Assembly (NCBI RefSeq): GCF_000181795.1 | Contig: NW_003526943.1 | Span: 746,487 to 810,486 of the forward strand | Origin: Trichinella spiralis | Taxonomy: Eukaryota | Direction: 5' to 3' | DNA length: 64,000 bases | Shown: positions 54,562 to 64,000 of the stretch, piece by piece | Position numbering within the stretch: position 1 is the stretch's first letter | Layout of the letters: each line of letters begins with the position of its first letter | Position numbers and translations under genes: made by a program | The notes under the pieces: model-generated | What the model was told of the DNA's origin: nothing | Seen by the model: the letters and a program-made list of their open reading frames with translations, nothing else | Database searches by the model: none

Positions 54562-57200
54562 ATGGTACTTTTATCCATTAAAGTTTTTGTCATGGTTTTT
54601 AAAATTTATCGATTTGGAACGTGCTTTTTATCAAAAGATTTTCTTCCAAATCCAGTTTTTTGTAAATTTTTCTCCGAGAGATTATCTTCTACAGAAACAA
54701 GTATACATTTATTTATTGAATCAATTAGTTGCAGAATATGTTGTGTAGGGCATCACCTAGATTGGATTGATGAATTTATCGACAAAAACTTCAACTTGCG
54801 AAAAACTTCATTTGATGAAGTGATGGCTGTCGGCCGAAGTTGCTCTCTGCGAAGTGCGCTTGTAATAGAATCAACGGGAAATGGATTGAAGACGAGAAAT
54901 ATGCCACAATTAAAACATAAATTTAACATTTCTGAAGGAAACCAGGTAATTTTTTAAAATATGAATTGGGATGCATATTCAGTTTAAATTATAATCAGAT
55001 AATTTTTTATGTGGCATCTGTGTATTAAAATACGATTTGCAATTTTAACTTGCTAGCCTAATCATCATTTTATACAAGTTTGTTGATGCATATTATTAAA
55101 GAAATAGTGTTTAATTGTTTTCAGTTGTGAAAAGTTTAATTTTTGAATTTTATTTGTATATTCAGTTGTTACTGAGTTTATAAAATTATTAAAAAACAAC
55201 GACTGAATGCATGTAATGTTTATAATTGAAATTGATTATATTGAAAATTATTTCCACGCGTTTGTATTCTTTATAAAATTGGTACAGTGTTAAAATTTTT
55301 ACTTAGAAAAAACTGAAATAATGATTTTTTACCGAAAATTATTATTTTAAAAATCTGACGAATTATTTGCATTTTGTAAATGCTTAGCATAAATCACATG
55401 ACTTTATTTCTACAGCATTTTGTAACGTTTGATCTCTAAAATTTGCAATATTTTATAACGAATAATTAGTAATAGTTTAGGTGAAGGGTTTTCTTTTGTA
55501 TGTGAAGTATTCATTTCAAAGTATTACGGTAATCATGAATGTGACAATGAAGTTTAAAGTGATGCTCATAAAAACTGAAATGAATAAAAAGATGATTTTT
55601 ACTTTAGGCGGTTTATATTTGTGAATTTAAAGATTCTTTAAGTTTTAACCGTTTTCTTGATCAAGTTAGTCAGAAGTTCACATCAGATGTTTTTCCTATG
55701 AAATCTCGCATTATAAAGTGCAGCAGAGGCGGTATGATGATAGATATCTTTTAATAAATACGTGTATAATGGTTGTTTCATTTCAAGTATCTGAAATGGA
55801 CGTGCACAGTTTTCCTAAACTAGCATGTGGATTTGAAAAAATTGACTTTAATCATCTTTATTCTCTTTTGGGTAATGCATCAACGGTGAGTTATTATTAT
55901 TATTATTATTTATTCATGAATTTTCATAAATTTTTATTTCAGGCTAATCAACAAATTGATATACTTTTTCAGCATACTAAAATTCATAGGGAAGGTATGC
56001 GCTTGCGATTTTTTTTGACGACTTTGATTGAAGATGCAGTCCGAAGGTGTTTTCCCTTTGCTATCTGCCGACCATTCGGTTCTACAGTAAATGGGTTTGC
56101 GCAAAAAAACTGTGATTTAGATGTTAACATTCAACTTTGCACAGAATCAGTGAGGGATTTAAATTGCATATAGTTTAGTTTTCATCTATTTTCATTATTA
56201 TGTTTCAGATTGATAAATTATCAGCTGATCAGTATTATTTTTGCTCAAGATATAAACCGAAAAACGAGCGCACTTATATACAGAATACTCTTTCCATTCT
56301 TGCAGATGTACTAGGCAACTTTATGCCTAGTTTTACGCATGTACAAAAAATTCTTCACGCAAGAGTGCCCATAATCAAACTCTATCATCAGACACTTGGG
56401 ATTCATTGTGACATAACTTTGGATAACAAGTATGGAAAATTTTTTAAAGTTTTTTCTTATAATTTTATATATTTCAATAATATAGGAATGCTTATAAAAC
56501 GGCAAAAGTATTTTGGCTATTTGGCAAAATGAATGCACACTTTAAGCCACTGCTTTTTGCCGTACGCTATTGGGCGAAACAGATAGGCTTGACACGTCCA
56601 CATCCAGGACCGTATATAACAAACTTTCATATTATTTGCTTGGTGACTTTTTTCTTGCAAAATCGTTCACCACCATTATTGCCAGCAATTGATAAACTTT
56701 TAAAAAATGACTTCCAAATGAATGAATGGATCAAAGATCACGTTTATTCTAAAACTAAAACTGTTGAATTGCTGGTTGAATTTTTTAATTTTTATTCAAA
56801 GAATGTCAATTGCCAAATTTGTGAATTAAATTTAAGAACTGCTACAGTGAAAAGTAAACCGTCCTCTTCTTTGTTGGTTATTTGGAATCCATTTGAAGAA
56901 GGACACAACGTTTGTAAAAACATTAATGATGACGAATTTCAACGATTCCTATTGGCAATAAAAGAAGCAGCCAATATTACTGAAACCATGAAATATAAAA
57001 AAGATATCGACGATCCGAATTGGGGTTTGCTTTCTTTATTTTTGCCTTCTAATTACAGTTTTGGTATTTCTTGGAAAAATCATCTCAGCGACCATCGTGA
57101 GCATCATTCGAATTTGCAAGTTGATGAATTGCTGTCTAATTTTGGTGTAAACCATGCCACACCTTCCCAAGTTGTTGTTGAATCTCAACAAAATACATGA
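54562..57200 (+). CDS. MTPAP: Mitochondrial poly(A) polymerase (PAPD1/MTPAP-like), multi-exon
   Basis: LRFFLTTLIED, PFGSTVNGFAQKNCDLDV (GS..DxD motif), VQKILHARVPIIK, CDIT, VRYWAK..GLT...PGPYITNF, FFLQ..SPP and a PAP-associated NPFE..HNV. The N-terminal start is uncertain. Confidence 0.85.
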
Positions 57201-57352
57201 TACTTTGTTTCTTTTTTTCTATAAATAAAGGTTTCTTTGTTTGCTGATATTTGTTCCATTGTATTTCGTTTGAAAAATTACGATGATCTTTCTTTGCGAT
57301 TATGAAAATGTTTGTTTGAAATATTGAATTATTATTTTTTAAAAGCTCCTTG

Positions 57353-57877
57353 ATGGAAAGAGATTCGTGCAACGAGCATACGAACGACGTTGAAGATCAA
57401 AAAATAAAAGTTGTATGTATGAATTTTACTTTAATATTTAATATTAATAAGTTTTATTATTTTTACAGTCTTATCCAAAAGGCAGTTATTCACCACACTG
57501 CCAGTCATTTACAATCGAAAAAGAAGATCATACGTTGGGAGTTGTTCTTCGATTTATAATATCTAAATAGTCTTGTTTTTCTTTTATATTATTATATGTG
57601 CATCATATAATATTTTTCTTTTAGTCCTGAGGTAAGATTTTGCAGTTACAACGTCCCTCACCCTATGGAAGATCGGATTTTGTTGCACATTGAAACTGAC
57701 AAATCAGTTTCTGCTGTGGATATATTTAAACGAGGTCTGAAGCAGGCATCTTTCATTTTTGAAACTTTGAAAACAAAAGTTGAGGTAATACTTTTTATTT
57801 TCATGATTTTTGGAAATTAATGTTTTTTTTTATTTTTTGCTTTTTATTAGGAAGCAGTCTCCAAGTACAAGAATTAA
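57353..57877 (+). CDS. POLR1D: RNA polymerase I/III shared subunit AC19 (RPAC2), 4 exons
   Basis: Spliced translation: CQSFTIEKEDHTLGVVLRFIISKY|PEVRFCSYNVPHPMEDRILLHIET..SAVDIFKRGL...|EAVSKYKN*. It fits RPAC2 better than RPB11. Not visible in the ORF track. Confidence 0.85.
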
Positions 57878-57947
57878 ATCGTGTGAAGAAATACTGTTAC
57901 ATTTAAAAAAATGCTTTATTGTTAATTAATTAGTAATAATTAAATTG

Positions 57948-59285
57948 TTACGTGTTACTTGTATAGGGTTCAGTAAATTTGTTCGTATGGCTTTTGAAAT
58001 CGTTGTAGAAATTTTGCACATCTGATGGTATTTGATTGTAATGCCATCTGTGGGAAATTAATTCCACCAATTCTAGCATAAGAGCTCGATCTTGCGGATG
58101 TGCAGCATGTTCAACCAAGCAGTGACGCAGCTGAATTGTAAGCTTGTGCATGCGACCAGGATGCAACCGTTCCAATTGTTTACCTGAAACATTTCTCTAT
58201 AATTATTATAAGTCTAATTTGAACGACTTGATCTAATGTTTTAGTATCATTTTTGTCCATAATTTTCTCACTTTAAATATTAGAAACTTTTTTTTATTGC
58301 TAAGCAGAGATACATATTGTAAAGAATTTACATTTCACAGGGGAAGAAAAGTATTATATTTTTAAAAATATAAATAAGATTAATCAGCAGAAGATGAATT
58401 ACTATTTCTATTAAAATTGCATATTATTTTCAAGTATTATTAGTTATTTTATTATACAAGCTCTATTATTGCAATTCGTAAAGCAAAGTATGCAATGTTT
58501 TTAGAATGAATATTATAGAAAAGATGAAAATTCTGTTTTATAATGAAGTTATTTATTTAAAAATTAAAATTTTTACCAATATTCATAATTGCGTGATGGA
58601 AGAGAAATATCTCTGGTCGTGCAGCTGTTTCGTCAACAAGCAGGTGAAGATAGTCAAAAATTGGTTCGACCAAATCTTCTAAAAGTGGATCCGTTGGTAG
58701 ATCGTATTCATCGTTGTCGGTTATGGCTAAGCTGTGGCACAGTTGAATATTATTCATTTCCCGCTTGATTCTTTCATTAGCACTGGTCATACTGTTCGCG
58801 CTGTCCATAGTGCAGAAGAATGTTGTATCTTTGTTCAAATCACGAATTTTGTCTTGCCTATTTTGCTGAGCGTCTGCTGGCCGTGGGAAAGTTGTAAAAC
58901 GTCGATGGTAATTGCTGAGAAAATAATCGATCATAAATCGAGCACTGTTGGCAAAAATTCCTCTGGAAATTTTCCTCAATTCGAATCTATTTTTGAAATC
59001 GTTCATCATAATGCCGAACAGTATTGTTGTGGCGCTGTTCACTTCGTCGCCACGTTCGTAAGCAATGACATTGCAAAGCATCACAGCCGGCCACACCACT
59101 CGGCTATCGGTTAGCCATCTTCTGTGCAAGCAGGCGATAAATTTCGCCAAGCCGAGCTTTTGCTGCAAATTCTCAAGCGCCGACTGAAATGCTTCACGAA
59201 TCCACGGCCCCGAGGAACCACTTTGAAATTCCGCCAACCCTGCTAGCAGATTATCCAATTCTGGTGACGTTTCTACATCTTCCAT
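57948..59285 (-). CDS. MIF4G-domain protein of the MIF4GD(SLIP1)/CTIF family; exons 59285-58577 and 58183-57948
   Basis: MMNDFKNRFELR, LVEPIFDYLHLL, IG|KQLERLHPGRMHKL and RALMLELVEL...W...QNFY align by eye with MIF4GD/CTIF blocks recalled from memory. The phase-1 GT-AG intron joins the two ORFs in frame. Confidence 0.7.
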
Positions 59286-61760
59286 TTTTGTACATCCGCA
59301 GGTGAATGAATCTTCACAGCTATTTTCCCTCGCTTTTTGTTAGCTTCAATTCGATTAATTATCGATAAAATTTCTCTCTCTGTGTTCTTCTTTTGACGTC
59401 AACGAAGAAACTAAACAAATGCAACTGACGTGAGAACCGAAACTAATATCTAAAACTTGCTTAGCATCAGCTATAACAATGATTGATTGCGCAATTATGC
59501 GTCATTTGCTTCCTATAGCTTTCTTTGTTTTTGCCACACAACTCGCTGCTGCCGTTGCTCTTTTCTCACTACTAATGTTAAAACTAACAAATTTCATCGT
59601 AAATTATCAAAGCAAATAAATAATATTAATTTTTCTGTTCTGTTTCTTTTGACTAAAAATTATATGCATTCATACATCTTATCATATTGCTGTCTTCTGT
59701 CCGTGCATCTTTGACAAATTAACGAGCAGCTTTATAAATTAATATTTCTTCGAATATATTTCATTATGGAGTTTATTTTTCTTCATGTAAACCTTTTTTA
59801 ATTCAATCAGTGACTTGTTGTTCACGTGAATATTTGTTCTTCCGTAAATAAAATACGGTTATTATTCTGTTTCTATCAATTAATTTTCCACTTATTAAAC
59901 GTTTGCCCACAATGAGAAACAATATCTATTAAAAATGCAATACATCATTTTATATTAATTATTTGAAAACAATTTTTGATTTGTTTCAAGTCTATAATAA
60001 TAATGATGATGATGATCTTATTTTTCTTTTGCTTTTATCGTTTATAAACAAATTTCTTTTATTTCACTTTTAAAGAATAATTATGAAAAAAAAATTCAAG
60101 CACAAATAAATATACAAGCGAAAAGATTTTAAACAAGAACTTTAAAGTCGTTTTAATAAAATTCATTATACAAATTTGCATTTTGCATTTCAAAAATCAA
60201 AAATTATTTTTCTTGAACAGTTCAAATATTTCAATCAATTATCTGCAATATCAACGTAATTCAGTATATGTGAGAACGCGAAATGCCGATTTTTTGTCTT
60301 TACAGCATAATAGTAGTTCCATTTGGGAATATTAAATCTGCTTTTTGCAATAGTGAATTTTCCATGGTTTGACTGCATCTTCGTCGACGCTCGCCGTTTG
60401 CAACTACTTCATTCTTCGAATCAGATTAATATCAAGTAAATATGCCATCAAAGAAAGAAATTAAATAAATATTTAATTTTTTTGGACATTCTGACAGAAT
60501 GACTGATACTATCACAAGAAATGTAAAGCCATATTATTTATTTTAATCTACCACTTTTTGAATAATGTTTAAATTTTTACTTTTTGTAAGAGTTCTCTTA
60601 TGCAAGTGTATTCAAACGTTTAGCATGCTCAATTTGTACAAGTGCTTGTCTGTTTTTTTATTTATCTTCAGCAGAGAATTAAAATATTTTTGAAAATAAA
60701 CAATGGAAAAGCAATAATGCGAGTTATTCTTTTTTTATCAGGAAAGTATTGAAGATTTAATTATTGTAAAATAGCCTTTCACATTAAACATCATTGATCA
60801 GAGATCATAAGATTGTGGAAAAATTGAGGCAATTGCATTTTATAATCATCTAAGCGTAGGCACGTGAAAAATTTTGTTTTACTCTTTTTGTTCAGCAACT
60901 GATGAGCACTGACAATTTAATCAAGCAAAAAGATTCATGCAAATTGTAAATATCATTTATAAAAGTTAATTTTTATTAAAACATTTTCAAAACTTCATCT
61001 TCATTGAACCCCCTCCCCCTCCCCATTTTAAATTTTACTTTCCACTTCCACTTTTAAATTTTATAAAATTATAAAGTAATTAAAATAAACAATGATGAAT
61101 GAATGAATGAAAATAAAAGATTCTTATTGGAAAAAATGAAAAACAAGAATTACGCAATTTAAAGCATTTTTGAAAAACCATACACATAATTTAAGAAATG
61201 ACAAGTTGAAATTTTTTAATGACTTATTTTTATTATTCTATCATTATTTTGTTGTTGAGAACTTTATTTACTCAAATTATCGAACAAATTTGAGTGACAT
61301 ACTGATTGATATTAACAAATATCATTCATCATTTTATAAATTATTTATATAGCATAAAAATTAAAATAAAAAATATATATAAAGTCCAATAAATACCTTT
61401 TTACATTTCATATTATTTTTACTTTTTACAATAACATAACATTACCGTATAACTTTAAATACTTATGAAACCTGAAAACTGTTACAGTAAAATAATGTAT
61501 TTTACCGTCGATAATGTTTTAATTTCAAACGCTTGACGAAATTCAGTTAGGTTTTGCATTTATATGAGCAGTTTTTCACCTGAAAATATATATATATATA
61601 TTTTTATAGAATGCCTAAAGTGTGAATATGCACTGCAGATTTGTTGTTTCTGCATAGAATTGTACTTTCATAATTTTTAAAGAATCATTAATAAAAATGT
61701 TTATTTCATTTTTAAAATTTATTTTAATTTTTTAAAAAGACATTTAGCTAATTTAGATAA

Positions 61761-62904
61761 ATGGAAAAGAGTTCTTCATCGATATGTACTGTCGAAAGTG
61801 GACCGAATTCCAATGTGCAATATCCAGTGAAAGTTAACTACTGCGGAGGCAAGTATAAATATATATATATTTTTTAATTATTGAAAATGTTAAGCAGAAA
61901 TTAAAAAAATTAATATTCTTGCCATAACGCTGAAACAATTATTCTTAAGTTAACTGTTATAATTAAATTTGTTTAATGACAAAATAAATACATTCCTAAG
62001 GGAGTATTCAGTTGCGTGTTAATTGAAATATTTTTAGAATGTTCAATGCCAGTTGAAGTAATGGCTTCTCTTTTGACGACTGCATGCATGCATATGATTA
62101 GTTTTAAATTGTAGTACTGCGATTACGGACCTTGTCCGGAAAAATGTCGAGAATGGTTGCGTGATAATCTACCAAAATCATTCGAAGAAATGACTGTTAA
62201 AAATACCGATTCTGACGCAAGTATGTTAATTTTTGTTTTTTACTGTTCTTTATATTTTCATTTTTTATTTTCAGCCACTGTTACTGAAGAGAAAAAACGA
62301 CAAAAACGAGGGGGTAAAGGAATGGCAAAAGTCAAGAAGAACACCAGTGCTCAACCTGTAACTTTAGCAACTTCATCACGTGGCAAAAACAAGTTCGTTA
62401 CCATTGTCAGTGGATTATCTTCATACGGTGAGATATTGATTTTTTAATATGTAAAAATATATTGTTACCTTTTTAATATGAAGTTGTACCTTTCAGATAT
62501 AAATTTGAAAGTTGCTTCTAAAGTGTTCTCTCAGAAGTTTGCTTGCGGCTCTTCCGTAACTGGAGATGATGAAATTGTTATTCAAGGTGATGTCAAAGAT
62601 GATTTGATGGATTTGATTTCTGAAAAATGGCCACAAGTAAGTCTTTTTTTAAAAAGTTAATTTTTACATGCTATTATTGTCCATTTCTGTATGCATGCTA
62701 TTTTTATTTACATGCTCTTGCGAAGGCTTCAAAATTTAATTGCTTAATTTCATGAAATTATATGTTGCATTATGTATAGCGTTTTGAAAATTCTGTTTTT
62801 ATGGTTCAATGTGACGTTTGATTTGTTGTAATGATTGAAAATAATTTTTTTATAAACAGATAGATCAAGACGCGATCGAAGATATTGGTGAAGCGAGACG
62901 TTGA
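61761..62904 (+). CDS. DENR: Density-regulated protein (DENR/Tma22, SUI1 domain), 6 exons
   Basis: [28 protein letters not shown] (Zn site), [36 protein letters not shown] and IEDIGE. Stop at 62902-62904. Confidence 0.95.
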
Positions 62905-64000
62905 GCTTCTTTGTTTCCTCGGTTCCTCTGATGCAGTCAATATGTACTAAGGAGTTCAACATAATTTCATGCACACAGATCATTTATGTTGAAATAAATG
63001 AAATTAGTCTTGAATTTTGCCAAGTTATTTTTTCATACATCTCAACAAAATAAATTGTTTATAAAATACTAAAAAAACTACATATGCACTATATGATGAA
63101 GGTGATAAAAAAGAGACTGATATTTTATAACAATTCAAAGTTTAAATGCCGAATATCAAAGATATATATATAAATATACATCTAAAGTTTTATTTAATAA
63201 ACAAGAGCAATAATGCCAGCAGCATCAGTAGTAGTACACTTTCATTGTATCTATAGGTAACTGTTCGGCAAACTGTCATTCCAATTCTATGAAATGTAAC
63301 AGCGTGTAACATGATTATTTAAACTTTTTCTGTCTAATTCACTGCAAACGTTTTCCATAAGCTGAACTATGATATTGTATGATAATGCAAAAAATGAACA
63401 TATATTATTATATACATTTCATAAAAATAGAATATTTTGAAAGGAAAAAGACGTATGTCTATATATATATGTATATATAACAAATGCAAAAGACAAAAAA
63501 AATTTCACTGAGTAAATGATCGAAAAAATAAATTATACAGAATGGTTTCAGCATGAAAAATATTTTATAAGTCGTCAAGTGACTTATAACTTTGTCAGTG
63601 TTGTGTGAAAAAAAATATTTTTTAATGCAAAGTAAAATATTAATTTTCTATTATTACTAGCCAGTATCAGAGATATTGAAAGAACAATCTAGTCGTTAAA
63701 TAGACAATAATATTAGTGAAAGCTAACTAACTATGAAACGATTAAATTCCATGGATCTGGTGTGTGATCAACGTAGTCAGTCAGCTGCATGAATGATTGG
63801 TTGGTTGTACGTGTAGTATAGCGAGAATCATTAGTGGAAGTTGTGGTCATTGCCGTTTTTTCTCCATGGAAATAGGTCCAGCTACAAAAGAATAATTTTG
63901 CAGCTTTCGCAATTCACGCAAAATCTGCATAATAAAACTTTAAATGAACACGCACATTCCATTACGCACATACACGCATATGCACGTAATATTTAATGTA

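Noticed and set aside
60290..60450. GC-richer patch with a short minus-strand frame (..GERRRRCSQTMENSLLQK..)
   Set aside because: No convincing splice boundaries or homology. It may be UTR or promoter sequence of the MIF4G gene.
63765..63815. Possible pre-miRNA hairpin (gtagtcagtcag / ttggttggttgt)
   Set aside because: Pairing relies mostly on G-U between low-complexity repeats, and I recognise no miRNA seed.
1..64000. CRISPR arrays, rRNA, tRNA or prokaryotic defence systems
   Set aside because: None seen by eye. The window is intron-rich eukaryotic DNA. A tRNAscan/Rfam run would be needed to exclude small RNAs formally.

Overview
AT-rich, gene-dense eukaryotic DNA with many short (about 45-70 nt) GT-AG introns and TTTCAG/TTTTAG acceptors. 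It is most consistent with a clade I nematode; the serpin at 47.9-49.2 kb resembles, from memory, a Trichinella spiralis serpin. I can support 15 protein-coding genes: ATP7-type Cu-ATPase, ATG101, METTL2, an FMNL-type formin, beta-sarcoglycan, DHX37, a Bcl-2-family gene, ARPC2, two tandem serpins, NMNAT, mitochondrial poly(A) polymerase, POLR1D, a MIF4GD/CTIF-like gene and DENR. There is also a decayed Ty3/gypsy element interrupted by a Chapaev3-type DNA transposon. Leads worth checking: a cloverleaf-like candidate ncRNA with U11-like features in the formin intron, a 29-nt direct repeat bracketing the intronless ATG101, candidate operons, alternative exons at the formin DAD, a MIF4G protein with a large insertion, serpins with different reactive loops, and possible antisense units in the ARPC2 and Bcl-2 introns. 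Gene models were spliced by hand and families were recognised from memory; no database search was run.
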